DNA from: Armatimonadota bacterium | GTDB taxonomy: Bacteria; Armatimonadota; UBA5829; DSUL01 | DNA: 64,000 nt | Direction: 5' to 3' | Assembly: GCA_025998755.1 (NCBI GenBank) | Contig: AP024674.1 | Location: forward strand, 876,467 to 940,466 | Shown here: positions 1 through 9,721 of the stretch, piece by piece | How the letters are laid out: each line of letters begins with the position of its first letter | Numbering within the stretch: the first letter of the stretch is position 1 | Notes under the pieces: generated by a model | Databases searched by the model: none | The model's input: only the letters and a program-made list of their open reading frames with translations | Told to the model about the DNA's origin: nothing | Translations under genes and position numbers: made by a program

Positions 1-1264
1 GATGCTGAAACGGGGCGAGATGCCCATCTATGAGCCGGGACTGGAAGAGATGGTGTCCCGAAACGTGGAGGATGGCCGCCTGTCGTTCACGACCGACATC
101 GTGGAAGCGGTGAAACGCTCCGAAGTGGTTTTCATAGCGGTGGGAACTCCCCCGAGAGAGGACGGCCAGGCGGATCTGTCCGGCGTGGAGGCCGTGGCGA
201 AAACCATCGCTAAGGGTCTGAACGGCTACAAGGTCATCGTGAACAAGAGCACGGTGCCGGTCGGGACGGGCGACCTGGTGCGGCGGATCATCGAGCAGCA
301 TCGCGAGAACGGCCAGGATTTCGATGTCGTCAGCAATCCTGAGTTCCTGCGGGAAGGCTCCGCCATCAATGACACGCTCTACCCGGACCGGGTGGTGATC
401 GGGGCCCCCACCCAGACAGTGGCGATGAAGATTCTGGAGCTGTATGCTCCGCTTGAACGCCCGATGATCATCACCGACGTGTATTCCGCGGAAATGATCA
501 AATACGCCTCCAATGCGTTCCTTGCCACAAAGATCTCATTCATCAACAGCATAGCAAACATCTGCGAGCGCGCCGGCGCGGACGTGGTCCAGGTGATGAA
601 GGGCATGGGCTATGACCGACGTATCGGACCGGACTTCCTCCAGGCCGGGCTGGGTTACGGCGGCAGTTGCTTCGGGAAGGATGCCAGCTGTCTGTATCAC
701 ACGGCGGCCAAGCTGGGGTATGATTTCAACCTGCTCGGCGCAGTGATGGAGGTCAACGAGAAGCAAGCCATTCGGTTCGTGGACAGGCTGGTGGACGTGC
801 TCGGCGGCGTGTCCGGCCGGACGATCGGCATTCTGGGACTGGCGTTCAAGCCGAACACGGACGACATGCGGGACGCCAAGAGCATCGAGGTCATCGGGCG
901 TCTGCTTTCGCTGGGAGCGTCGGTTAAGGCATACGATCCCATCGCAATGGAAAACTGCCGGGCCATCTTCCCGCAGATAACTTACTGCAAGAACGCCTAT
1001 GAAGTGGCGGAGGGCGCAGACGCCCTGATGCTGGTGACAGAGTGGAACGAGTTCAAGTTCCTTGCGCTGGAGAAGATCCGTGACCTGATGCGTCAGCCCG
1101 TATTTTTCGACGGCCGCAACCTCTATGATCCGGCCCGCATGGTGCGTTTGGGCTTCGACTATCATTGTATCGGCCGCTCGCCTCGCTTGTGGAAGAACGT
1201 GGGTGAGGCACAGAACGGACACGCTCAACTGCCGGCCGAAACGGCCGCCAGAGCGTGCGCCTGA
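1..1264 (+). CDS. ugd: UDP-glucose 6-dehydrogenase (N-terminus lies upstream of window)
   Basis: ORF open to window edge; motifs GTPPREDGQADLS, NKSTVPVGT, GGSCFGKD (catalytic Cys region), LAFKPNTDD typical of UDP-glucose/GDP-mannose dehydrogenase family. Confidence 0.85.
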   Translation, partial: MLKRGEMPIYEPGLEEMVSRNVEDGRLSFTTDIVEAVKRSEVVFIAVGTPPREDGQADLSGVEAVAKTIAKGLNGYKVIVNKSTVPVGTGDLVRRIIEQHRENGQDFDVVSNPEFLREGSAINDTLYPDRVVIGAPTQTVAMKILELYAPLERPMIITDVYSAEMIKYASNAFLATKISFINSIANICERAGADVVQVMKGMGYDRRIGPDFLQAGLGYGGSCFGKDASCLYHTAAKLGYDFNLLGAVMEVNEKQAIRFVDRLVDVLGGVSGRTIGILGLAFKPNTDDMRDAKSIEVIGRLLSLGASVKAYDPIAMENCRAIFPQITYCKNAYEVAEGADALMLVTEWNEFKFLALEKIRDLMRQPVFFDGRNLYDPARMVRLGFDYHCIGRSPRLWKNVGEAQNGHAQLPAETAARACA

Positions 1265-2196
1265 TGGTGATTTGGGAGCCAGAGAGAGCTGATATGCAAG
1301 TTCTGGGAGTAGTAGGCAATCCGCACTATGAAGCGGGGCTGTCCTATCTGGATCAGGGGCAGCTGGAAATGGCCATCATCGAGCTCGGCAAGGTGGCAAG
1401 CGGAGCCGCGGGGGCCACGCGCGGGCAGATGAAGCTGGCGCGTTTTCATCTGGGTCAGGCGCATCAGCAGCTTGCTGAGCGCCATATCCAAAGGCATCAG
1501 TGGACGGCCGCGGAGGAGCACCTGAGGGAGGCCCTGCAGATCAATCCGCATTATCCGGACTTGCACTATCAGCTGGCGCGAGTGCTGTGCTCCACGGACC
1601 GGCTTCCGGAGGCACTCAAAGCCGTGCGTCAGGCGCTCGCCCTTAATGCTCGCTACGCGCGTGCCATTGCGCTGGAGGCCCTTATACTTTATCGCCAGGG
1701 AGAGCGCGAGACCGCGCTGAGCCGGGCCCGGGAAAGCGTGGAGATTGAACCTGCCCTGGACTCCAATGCGCTGCGGGATGCCCAGGACCGGAATGCTGCG
1801 GGTGATTATGAGGGCGCCGCCGCCAGCCTGGCGGCGATGGCTGAAACATCCGTGGACGAACTCGCGGACCTGCTTCGCTCCGCCAGGGAGAAACTGAAGG
1901 CGGGAGCCATTGCAGAGGCTGAGAACTTTGCAAGAGAGGCGGTGCGTCTCAGCCCGGATTACCCCGACGTGCGGAATGTTATGGGACAGGTGCACCTTGC
2001 GAAGGGAGAGCATCTGCACGCGGTGAATGAGTTCAAGACGGCACTTCAGAAGAACCCCGTGTTCCTGGCCGCCGTCATCAACCTGGGCCGCGCGTGCAGA
2101 GCCATGGGCAATGAGGACGCCGCAAGGGATGCTTTCCGCAAGGCCCTGGTGATTGATCCGGACAACGAGGAGGTCCGCGAGCTCCTATCGCAGTAG
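1255..2196 (+). CDS. tetratricopeptide (TPR) repeat protein
   Basis: Repeated ~34-aa helical units (ALQINPHYPDLHYQLARV, AVRLSPDYPDVRNVMGQV, ALQKNPVFLAAVINLGRA); start ATG 1255 or ATG 1294 uncertain. Confidence 0.6.
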   Translation: MRLMVIWEPERADMQVLGVVGNPHYEAGLSYLDQGQLEMAIIELGKVASGAAGATRGQMKLARFHLGQAHQQLAERHIQRHQWTAAEEHLREALQINPHYPDLHYQLARVLCSTDRLPEALKAVRQALALNARYARAIALEALILYRQGERETALSRARESVEIEPALDSNALRDAQDRNAAGDYEGAAASLAAMAETSVDELADLLRSAREKLKAGAIAEAENFAREAVRLSPDYPDVRNVMGQVHLAKGEHLHAVNEFKTALQKNPVFLAAVINLGRACRAMGNEDAARDAFRKALVIDPDNEEVRELLSQ

Positions 2197-2273
2197 ACAG
2201 TTGCCAGGCTGAATACGGCGGGTTTTCGCAGGACGGGCGGGCGTTCGAAGTCGAGCGTGTTGACCCGTCCTGC

Positions 2274-3350
2274 TTGGCGCGTACGGGTTGGCTATGCACC
2301 CCTCACGGGCGTATTGAGACGCCTGCCTTCATGCCTGTGGCCACTCAGGGGACAGTGAAGGCCATGACGACGGAAGAGGTCTGGGACATTGGCTACCGGC
2401 TCATCCTGGCGAACACCTACCACCTTTACCTGCGTCCGGGAACGGAAGTCCTGCGTAAGGCCGGCGGGTTGCGTGGCCTGATGAAATGGCAAGGGGCGTT
2501 GCTGACGGACAGCGGAGGCTATCAGGTCTTTAGCCTGTCCGCCATCCGCAAGATCTCGGACGATGGTGTAATGATCCGCAGCTACATTGACGGCTCGCCT
2601 CACCATTTCACCCCGGAAAAGGTGCTGGACATACAGCGCGCCATCGGATCGGACATCGCCATGGTTCTGGACGTCTGCCCTCCTTATGGGGCCCCGCATG
2701 CCGAGGTTTCCAGGGCCGTGGACCTGACGGTTTCCTGGGCTGAGCGCTCTGCGGCGGCACGCGACGGGATTGCTCTGGTGTTTGGCATTGTACAGGGTGG
2801 ACCGTTCGAGGACCTTCGCCGGCGCTGTGCGGAAAAAATCTGCGATATCGGATTCGACGGCTATGCCATCGGTGGTGTGTCCGTGGGAGAACCGCCGCCG
2901 GAGGCTTACCGCATCGTGGAGTTGACGGCTCCTCTGTTGCCGGTGGACAAACCTCGTTATCTCATGGGCATGGGGACTCCACTGGATATCCTCAATGGCA
3001 TCGAGCGGGGGGTGGATCTCTTTGACTGCGTATTGCCGACCCGACTGGGCCGCAACGGCAGTGTGTATACATCCAGAGGACGGCTGAATCTGAAAAACGC
3101 TCGTTTTGCGGACGATCTGGGGCCAGTGGATCCGGATTGCTGTTGCCCCACGTGCAGCAAGTATTCCGCGGCTTACCTGCGTCATCTTTACAAGGCGGAA
3201 GAGATCCTTGCAGCCCGGCTCGCAACGATGCATAACCTTTGGCTTTACCACGATCTGGTCCGGCGAGCCCGCGAGGCCATCCGCCGGGGAGAGTTTCCGG
3301 CGTTCAAAGCTTCCGTCGAACAGGCGATGACAGCGGCGGATCAGGAGTGA
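2274..3350 (+). CDS. tgt: queuine tRNA-ribosyltransferase
   Basis: Motifs ETPAFMPVATQGTVKAMT, LILANTYHLYLRPG, DSGGYQVFSL and zinc site CCCPTCSKY; TTG 2274 is the first in-frame start, true N-terminus uncertain. Confidence 0.85.
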   Translation: MARTGWLCTPHGRIETPAFMPVATQGTVKAMTTEEVWDIGYRLILANTYHLYLRPGTEVLRKAGGLRGLMKWQGALLTDSGGYQVFSLSAIRKISDDGVMIRSYIDGSPHHFTPEKVLDIQRAIGSDIAMVLDVCPPYGAPHAEVSRAVDLTVSWAERSAAARDGIALVFGIVQGGPFEDLRRRCAEKICDIGFDGYAIGGVSVGEPPPEAYRIVELTAPLLPVDKPRYLMGMGTPLDILNGIERGVDLFDCVLPTRLGRNGSVYTSRGRLNLKNARFADDLGPVDPDCCCPTCSKYSAAYLRHLYKAEEILAARLATMHNLWLYHDLVRRAREAIRRGEFPAFKASVEQAMTAADQE

Positions 3351-3500
3351 GTGCCTGGTGAGCCGGTGTTTGGCGATCATGAGAGCGGGGCATCATAAAA
3401 ACGCGACGTTGTAGGAGACTGTGAGAGGAAAATCGCCCAACGAGGGAGCTGGGCGAGCGATACTGCTATCCGCCTTTGGGCTTCGGGGAGCCGCGGCAAT

Positions 3501-4220
3501 ATGGAAGTCGGTCAGAACGAAGGCATCTCCACAGGCCAGAAGCTGCGGAAGGCACGAGAGCAGAAGCAGCTTGCGCTTGAAGATATTGCACGACAGACCC
3601 GGATCCGCAAGGAGTTTCTTGAGGCGCTGGAAGAGGAGCGGCTGGACGCCTTTCCGGGCGCCGTGTATGCCCGGGCCTTCCTGCGGGAATACTCCGCCTT
3701 TCTGGGGCTGGACGGAGAGGATCTGGTGGCGTCCATGTTTCCTGAGAGCCAGCCCAAATCAGAAGGCTCCCCTGTTGCCTCTTCCTTTTCCCGCAAGAGC
3801 ACACCTGTGCCCCTGGTGGCGGTCGCGCTGTTAGCGGCTGCCGTGGTCGTCGGAGCGGTCTTGCTACGGCCGGCGCTCAATGTGGCGCCGTCTTCACCCC
3901 AAGTGGAGCCGGCACCGCAATCGCCGCCTGGAACTTGCGCTCCGTTGGATGTCGAAAGCAACGCCACAGTTAGCGGAGTCCGGCTGCGCATTCGCGCCGA
4001 GGCCCCATGCTGGATGCGCATCCAGTCTGGGGGACGGGTGCTCTATGAAGGCACTCTGCGCACCGGTGATTCGGTGCATTTCGCTTCACGCGAGGCCATC
4101 GTCCTGCTAGCCGGAAATGCGGGGGCTCTCCGTGTCCGGCACAACGAGGGAACTGAAGAGGTTCCGGGAAAATACGGTGAGGTCATCACGAGGGTCTTTG
4201 AACCGGCTAATGCCGATTGA
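3501..4220 (+). CDS. rodZ: RodZ-like cytoskeleton protein (HTH + TM + DUF4115-like domain)
   Basis: N-terminal XRE-type HTH (QKLRKAREQKQLALEDIARQTRI), one TM segment (PVPLVAVALLAAAVVVGAVLL), C-terminal beta-rich domain ending RVRHNEGTEEVPG. Confidence 0.6.
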   Translation: MEVGQNEGISTGQKLRKAREQKQLALEDIARQTRIRKEFLEALEEERLDAFPGAVYARAFLREYSAFLGLDGEDLVASMFPESQPKSEGSPVASSFSRKSTPVPLVAVALLAAAVVVGAVLLRPALNVAPSSPQVEPAPQSPPGTCAPLDVESNATVSGVRLRIRAEAPCWMRIQSGGRVLYEGTLRTGDSVHFASREAIVLLAGNAGALRVRHNEGTEEVPGKYGEVITRVFEPANAD

Positions 4221-4253
4221 CCTGCGAAACCGGGCATCTGAGAAACGGTCCAA

Positions 4254-5270
4254 ATGAGGGATATCTCGATGTGCTTAACCGTGAGAATTGTTCTGTCTGC
4301 CGTACTTTTGGCTCTTGTGGCGCCTTCCGCGCAAGGTCAGATTCTCGCCCACGATAGCGGCCAGATGGAGGAACTCGCCGATGTGGATACAGCAGGAATC
4401 TCCGTGCGCTTTCACTCCCCCTCAGAGGCCGACCTCACCGCATTCCAGTTTTACGGGTGTCGAGGAGGCGAGGGCGGCTCCCCTGCAGACTCGTTTTTCG
4501 TGAGATTAAAGGACGGTGAGGGAAACCTTCTCAGGGAGCTGGAGAAGCCTCTTTGGAATATCGGCGCAGGACGGGCGCTTTGGCAGACGGTTTCCATCAG
4601 CCCGCCCGTACGGGTGAACGGCGACTTCGAGATCCACGTTGCGGCTGATCCGCGCGCCGCAGCCTCCCTGCGGGTGGGACGCGACGGTCCAACTGACTCA
4701 GGACGCTGGATGGTTCGGGCTCATCTGCTGGATCCTTCGCGCGCTCCGGAACGTTCCGCCGCTAGGGGTCGCACGCGGCCGACCTCTGAGGGATCTACGG
4801 CCGCCCCGCGGGAGATCACGAAAGCTGCCGCGGAAAACCAGCCGCGGCGACTGATGGCCGCGCCTTCCCCTACCTCTCAGGGCGTTCTGGCCTATCGCGA
4901 CCAGCACCGGCGCTTGAGTTTTCCTCGCAAGCCGCCGCCGATCCCTCCCGGCTGCGGCAGGGTGGATATCCACTGGGATGCAGCGCCGGCGACGGTCGAG
5001 TTGAGCTATGTCGGAAAGCCGCCCCGGATACTGGAGGGGCTGGATGTCCGCCGTCTGGTTGTGGACTTTCCCGTCCCTGAACCGGGGCTTTTCGAAGTGA
5101 CCGTGAGGAAGGAGGGGTACCGCCCCGAATCACGGCGCTTCCTGGTATCGGCTGGCAGCAGGCACGAATGGCACATCCGGCTCCGAAGCGCCTCTGAGAC
5201 GGATGGTCGGGGAGAAAATCCGGGTCCGGAAGTTCCTCCTGTGGTGATTGAGGAGCTCGTCCAGCCCTGA
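4254..5270 (+). CDS. hypothetical secreted protein
   Basis: Signal peptide (IVLSAVLLALVAPSAQG); coding-like composition; antisense ORFs look non-coding; no family recognised. Confidence 0.5.
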   Translation: MRDISMCLTVRIVLSAVLLALVAPSAQGQILAHDSGQMEELADVDTAGISVRFHSPSEADLTAFQFYGCRGGEGGSPADSFFVRLKDGEGNLLRELEKPLWNIGAGRALWQTVSISPPVRVNGDFEIHVAADPRAAASLRVGRDGPTDSGRWMVRAHLLDPSRAPERSAARGRTRPTSEGSTAAPREITKAAAENQPRRLMAAPSPTSQGVLAYRDQHRRLSFPRKPPPIPPGCGRVDIHWDAAPATVELSYVGKPPRILEGLDVRRLVVDFPVPEPGLFEVTVRKEGYRPESRRFLVSAGSRHEWHIRLRSASETDGRGENPGPEVPPVVIEELVQP

Positions 5271-5276
5271 TGCGCT

Positions 5277-5957
5277 TCAACCGACCGGACGCCGGAAGAC
5301 GGCGCGGACGGGACTGCCATCGCTACCCGTGATTCTGAGCGGCAGGCAGATCAGCTCCCACCATCCCGGCTCGACATCCGTCAGGTCCAATCCCTCCACC
5401 GGAATAACGCCCGCCCGCAGCAGGGTTCTGTGCACCACCGGCTCGGGAGGCCGAAAGCGCTCCACGGAAAGGTAGTCAATACCCACCAGACGGATCTCCC
5501 GGCTCGCGATCCACTGCGCCGCGTCGGGGGAGAGGTGTGCGTAGTCGCGTGTGAACTGCCGCCGGTGCATCAAGTTTCGGGTGGTGTTAGCCGTGCGCAG
5601 GACCAGCCGCTCGCAGTTGTCGGGAACCTCTTCTAGGTTCGGCGGTTCAACAGGTCCCGTCACCGTCTCCAGGTTCAACACGTATGCCGGACCACACAGT
5701 ACCTCCAGTGGAAGCTGTTCTACTGCGGAACCTGCCGGGAGGAAGTGGCAAGGAGCATCGAGATGCGTGCCTGTGTGCACGGAAAGCGCAATCCGCGTGA
5801 TATTGCAGGAATCTCCTGCATCAAAGCTGGCGATGCGTTCGACCGAGACGGGGGGGTCTGTCTCCCAGACGGGGGTCAGGCCGCCGAGGGGAACCGTGGC
5901 GTCGACATAGCAAAAACTTCTATGGCTCTCCTTGTCCAAACTGTTAATATTTCTCAA
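5277..5957 (-). CDS. cyclase family protein (kynurenine formamidase-like)
   Basis: HxGTHxDxPxH motif (SVHTGTHLDAPCHF); overlaps the anti-sigma gene by 14 nt (same strand). Confidence 0.7.
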   Translation of the reverse strand: MRNINSLDKESHRSFCYVDATVPLGGLTPVWETDPPVSVERIASFDAGDSCNITRIALSVHTGTHLDAPCHFLPAGSAVEQLPLEVLCGPAYVLNLETVTGPVEPPNLEEVPDNCERLVLRTANTTRNLMHRRQFTRDYAHLSPDAAQWIASREIRLVGIDYLSVERFRPPEPVVHRTLLRAGVIPVEGLDLTDVEPGWWELICLPLRITGSDGSPVRAVFRRPVG

Positions 5958-6189
5958 GAAGGGCCCGGACTTTAGCCTTCAGTTCTTCCGGGCACTTTTC
6001 GCCGCGGCCTTCTTCCCGTACCCGCTGCCAAAGGAGCGCCTCGAACGCGAATCTGCTGCAACAGTGGCGGCAGAGATCCAGGTGGACCTCCACTTCCTCC
6101 AGCGACGCCGCTGGACCCTCCCTGTCCAGGTAATCGTAAAGGCGGCTGACGGCTTCAGCGCAGTTGATCTGCCTAACTCGATGCGACAT
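5944..6189 (-). CDS. anti-sigma factor (zf-HC2 type)
   Basis: 81-aa protein with HxxxCxxC motif (HLDLCRHCC); overlaps 3' end of the ECF sigma gene by 17 nt. Confidence 0.65.
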   Translation of the reverse strand: MSHRVRQINCAEAVSRLYDYLDREGPAASLEEVEVHLDLCRHCCSRFAFEALLWQRVREEGRGEKCPEELKAKVRALLEKY

Positions 6190-6748
6190 ATCCCATTTCG
6201 CGAGCTTGTTCGTAGAGAAACTTCTGTAGCAGCTTCCTACCGCGGTACAATCTGGACCGAACCGTGCCGATGGGAATGCCCAGGATGTCTGCTATCTCCT
6301 GGTAAGCCAGACCTTCGATGGCATTCAGGACCACCACCAGGCGGAACTCCTCCGGAAGACGGTCTATGGCCGCCATGATATCCTCGTGCAGGAACCTGTT
6401 GAGCACCTGCATCTCCGGATCGCTCGCCGATTCGCTTTGCCGTCGGACCTCGCTGAGGAAGTAGAAATCTTCTACATCCGGCAGGTCCACGCGTTCCGGT
6501 TCCTTTGACTTTTTGCGGTAGCCGTTGATGAAGGTGTTTGTCAATATCCGGAACAACCACGCCTTTATATTGGTTCCGGACTGGAACTGGTGGAAATTGC
6601 GGAACGCGAGCAAGACCGTCTCCTGGACCAGGTCTTCGGCGTCGGAGGAGTTTCGCGTCATCCTCAGCGCCGCGGAGTAGAGACTGTCGAGAAGTGGAAG
6701 GACCAGCTCTTCGAACTCTTTTTTGGCTGCTGTGTCGGATCCGGTCAT
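6173..6748 (-). CDS. RNA polymerase ECF-type sigma-70 factor
   Basis: Region 2 ([30 protein letters not shown]) and region 4 HTH ([21 protein letters not shown]); ORF-track start 6886 treated as N-terminal extension, ATG at 6748 chosen. Confidence 0.8.
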   Translation of the reverse strand: MTGSDTAAKKEFEELVLPLLDSLYSAALRMTRNSSDAEDLVQETVLLAFRNFHQFQSGTNIKAWLFRILTNTFINGYRKKSKEPERVDLPDVEDFYFLSEVRRQSESASDPEMQVLNRFLHEDIMAAIDRLPEEFRLVVVLNAIEGLAYQEIADILGIPIGTVRSRLYRGRKLLQKFLYEQAREMGYVASS

Positions 6749-6976
6749 TGGGAACTGCTTCTGTCTTCGATAAGGCAGCCGGGCCATTTCCGCCCGGGGT
6801 GCGCCGGCGCCGTGCAGTATACTTCGTAAGTTCGCGCTCTGTCCAATGAACGGCGCGTCATCGTGCCGCAGGGAAGCCGACGCCAATCAATACGCGATTA
6901 CCCCGGGATACCGTTTCGGTAAACATTCCGGTGCCCAGGCCGAGAATCATCGCCGTGCGAATGGAGTGAATAGGAC

Positions 6977-7507
6977 TTGACAGACGACATGTTTCCTGTC
7001 TATTGCCGCTTTTGCCGGGCGCAGATTTCGGCTGGAGCCCGCACCTGCCCGCGCTGCGGGAAGCCCCAGGGACTGCAACCATCCTCGCCGCCCCCTGCCA
7101 CGGCGGAGCCGGCGCGCCCCGCGCCGGGTGCGGGACCTCCAGAATCAGCGGCAGCGCCAGCCGCAGCTGCTGCATGCCCTTACTGCAGGGTCTCCATTAC
7201 GCCTGGAGACTATTTTTGCCGTGCCTGCGGGAAAGCACTTGCCCCGGGATTGACTGATCCCGCCAAATCGGCGGCGGCAGCCGCCTATGGAACTGCCGGG
7301 CTCCTGAGCGTTCTGATGTGTTTTCCACCGGGCGGCATTATTCTTGGCATTTTGGCTGTGGCCAAGGGAGCTCGCGGCCTGGGACTGGCCAGTATTGTGG
7401 CAGGAGTCGGGATGATGGCGGTCGTGATTCTTCTCTACGCCGCGGCGCTTGGGCGTGTTCTGTCGGCCGTTCCGTCATTGGCGCCCTTTACGGATTTGAT
7501 GCCGTGA
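6977..7507 (+). CDS. zinc-ribbon domain membrane protein
   Basis: Two CxxC...CxxC zinc ribbons (CRFCRA...CPRCG; CPYCRV...CRACG), Pro/Ala-rich linker, two C-terminal TM helices; start TTG 6977 or ATG 6989. Confidence 0.5.
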   Translation: MTDDMFPVYCRFCRAQISAGARTCPRCGKPQGLQPSSPPPATAEPARPAPGAGPPESAAAPAAAAACPYCRVSITPGDYFCRACGKALAPGLTDPAKSAAAAAYGTAGLLSVLMCFPPGGIILGILAVAKGARGLGLASIVAGVGMMAVVILLYAAALGRVLSAVPSLAPFTDLMP

Positions 7508-7551
7508 TACAATCCGATGGGAACCGCGCGGGATATCCAGATGTCAGGTAT

Positions 7552-7937
7552 CATGCAGGTGTCGAGCGGCCGGCGGGCGCGCAAAGCCGTGGCGATGCGC
7601 GTCTGCAGGAAAGTCCGGGCACCGCAGGGCAGGGTGCCGGATAACGTCCGGAGTGCCGGCGCTGACCGGCATATGGAAAGTGCCACAGAAAAGAAAACTC
7701 CCAAGGCAACCGGTTGCTGCCGGATTGCCCGGAAAAGCTGAAACGGTGGTGTAAGAGACCACCAGATCCGCCGAGAGGTGGATGCTGGGTAAACCCCACC
7801 CGGTGCAAGGCAGAGGAGGGCCCGCATTCCGTTGCCCGCGGGGGCTCTCCGACAGACGCCGCTTGAGCTCCGGCGCAAGCCGGAGTCCAGACAGATGGCC
7901 GCATAAAACAGAACCCGGCTTACGGACACCTGCTGAG
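7552..7937 (+). ncRNA. rnpB: RNase P RNA, bacterial type A
   Basis: Conserved blocks GGAAAGTCCGGGC, CAGGGTGCCGGATAACGTCCGG, GGGTAAACCCCACCCGGTGCAAGG, ACAGAACCCGGCTTAC; P1 pairing gcaggtgtc (7555-7563) with gacacctgc (7925-7933); ends approximate (+/- 5 nt). Confidence 0.85.
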
Positions 7938-7980
7938 GGGGCCGCCCGGCTACACGACGGGGCGGCCCTTGAACTGTTTG
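7938..7980 (+). terminator. stem-loop immediately 3' of rnpB
   Basis: gggccgccc (7939-7947) / gggcggccc (7960-7968) 9-bp GC stem followed by ttgaactgtttg. Confidence 0.4.
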
Positions 7981-8000
7981 AGAAGGAGGTTGCGCTTCAG

Positions 8001-8597
8001 TTGGAAAATGCCAGGTTGAAGAGACAGATCGACTTCGTCCGTCAGATGGATCGCCTGAAAAATGTTTTTCGTCAGACCCTGCTGATGGACGGGACGCGCC
8101 ATGAAAACGATGCAGAGCACTCCTGGCATGTTTGTTTGATGGCAATACTTCTACACGAATATGCCGGTTCCGCGGACCTGGATGTTCTCCGGGTTGTCAA
8201 AATGCTCCTCGTGCACGATATCGTGGAGATAGAAGCGGGCGACACGTACTGCTACGATGAGGAAGCGCACCGCGACAAGGCCGCACGAGAAAACGCAGCC
8301 GCGGACCATCTGTTCGGGCTGCTCCCTGAAGATCAGGCCGCGCAGGTGCGCGCGCTGTGGGAGGAGTTCGAAGCGATGCAGACTCCTGAGGCGCGATTCG
8401 CGGCGGCGCTGGACCGTCTTCAGCCTCTGCTACATAACTATTACACGAAAGGGGAAGCCTGGCGCAGGCACGGAGTCCGCCGCAGCCAGGTTCTGAAGCG
8501 CAACGCTCACATCCGGGAGGGTGCCCCCAAACTCTGGGCGTTTGCGGAGGAGCTGATTGCAGAGTCGGTCCGGAAGGGTTATCTGGCAGATGGCTGA
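8001..8597 (+). CDS. HD-domain phosphohydrolase (YfbR-like 5'-deoxynucleotidase family)
   Basis: HD signature HENDAEHSWHV ... LLVHDIVEIEAGD; TTG 8001 preceded by aaggagg (7983-7989); ORF-track start 7782 would overlap rnpB. Confidence 0.65.
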   Translation: MENARLKRQIDFVRQMDRLKNVFRQTLLMDGTRHENDAEHSWHVCLMAILLHEYAGSADLDVLRVVKMLLVHDIVEIEAGDTYCYDEEAHRDKAARENAAADHLFGLLPEDQAAQVRALWEEFEAMQTPEARFAAALDRLQPLLHNYYTKGEAWRRHGVRRSQVLKRNAHIREGAPKLWAFAEELIAESVRKGYLADG

Positions 8598-8670
8598 GGC
8601 TCTTGTCAGAGGACTCGGGCTGCAATTTGGCTAATAGAGGTTTCTGCCGAAAGGCGAAACGGAGGCGTGA

Positions 8671-9690
8671 ATGGTTCGCACAAATGTTCTCATCGTGCTG
8701 GCGATGACCGCTGCGGTCGTCGCAGGGTGCGGGTCCCGAGAACCGGCGGGAGAAGGAGCCGGCAAACAGGGCGCCGGCAGCGAAAAATACACCATCGCTG
8801 TCATCCCGAAAGGCACCACGCATGAATTCTGGAAGTCCGTCCACGCCGGGGCCGTGAAAGCGTCTCGCGAGACGGGCGTTGAGGTCATCTGGAAGGGGCC
8901 GCTCAAGGAGGACGACCGGGAGGCGCAAATCGCAGTCGTCGAGAATTTCGTCACCCGCGGGGTATCGGGCATCGTTCTTGCTCCACTGGACGATACAGCC
9001 CTGCGTCCGGCTGTTTCGAACGCGGTCCGCTCAGATATCCCCGTCGTAATCATTGACTCCGACCTTCAGGGTGAGGAACATATCAGCTTCGTCGCCACCG
9101 ACAACTATAAAGGCGGTCAGTTGGCAGGCCAGGAGATGGCCCGGCTGCTGAACGGGAAAGGGCGCATCGTGGTGCTCCGCTATCAGGAGGGCTCCGCCAG
9201 CACCACAAATCGCGAGAAGGGTTTTCTGGATGAGATAGCGCGGCACCCGGGGATCCAGGTGGTCAGCGCCAACCAGTACGGCGGAGCCACCACGGAGTCG
9301 GCCTACCGGGCCAGCGAGAATCTGCTCGCCCCGCTGAAAAAGGGCGGGAAACTGGTCATTGACGGCATCTTCTGCCCCAACGAGTCCACCACGTTCGGAA
9401 TGCTGCGCGCGCTGCAGGACTCCAAGCTGGCCGGAACGGTGCGATTCGTCGGTTTCGACTCTTCGGAGAAGCTGGTCCAGGCACTCTCGTCGGGAGAGAT
9501 TGACGCTCTGGTTCTGCAGGATCCCTTCAAGATGGGTTATCTCGGCGTCAAAACTCTGGTGGACCACCTGAACGGCAAGGAAGTTCCCCGCCGGGTGGAC
9601 ACCGGGGTGACGCTGGTCACTCGCCAGAACATGCAGCAGCCTGAGATCCAGCAACTGCTGAAGCCCGATCTGGACCAGTGGCTGAAGTAG
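8671..9690 (+). CDS. sugar ABC transporter substrate-binding lipoprotein (ribose/monosaccharide type)
   Basis: Lipobox (LAMTAAVVAGCGS), periplasmic binding protein type-I features (YTIAVIPKGTTHEFW, GIVLAPLDD); ggagg RBS before ATG. Confidence 0.8.
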   Translation: MVRTNVLIVLAMTAAVVAGCGSREPAGEGAGKQGAGSEKYTIAVIPKGTTHEFWKSVHAGAVKASRETGVEVIWKGPLKEDDREAQIAVVENFVTRGVSGIVLAPLDDTALRPAVSNAVRSDIPVVIIDSDLQGEEHISFVATDNYKGGQLAGQEMARLLNGKGRIVVLRYQEGSASTTNREKGFLDEIARHPGIQVVSANQYGGATTESAYRASENLLAPLKKGGKLVIDGIFCPNESTTFGMLRALQDSKLAGTVRFVGFDSSEKLVQALSSGEIDALVLQDPFKMGYLGVKTLVDHLNGKEVPRRVDTGVTLVTRQNMQQPEIQQLLKPDLDQWLK

Positions 9691-9721
9691 TTCTTACCCC
9701 GTTCTTCGGAAAGGGTTCGCG

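Noticed and set aside
2197-2273. Possible in-frame N-terminal extension of tgt (translation ...DGRAFEVERVDPSC upstream of the TTG)
   Set aside because: No ATG/GTG/TTG in frame between the TPR stop and 2274; resemblance to the Tgt N-terminus is weak, so the TTG start was kept
2292-3380. 362-aa ORF on the minus strand
   Set aside because: Fully antisense to tgt; Arg/Pro/Ala-rich low-complexity translation typical of spurious ORFs in GC-rich DNA
7782-8000. N-terminal 73 codons of ORF 7782..8597
   Set aside because: Overlaps the RNase P RNA; translation is low-complexity; the HD domain begins after 8001, where an RBS precedes a TTG
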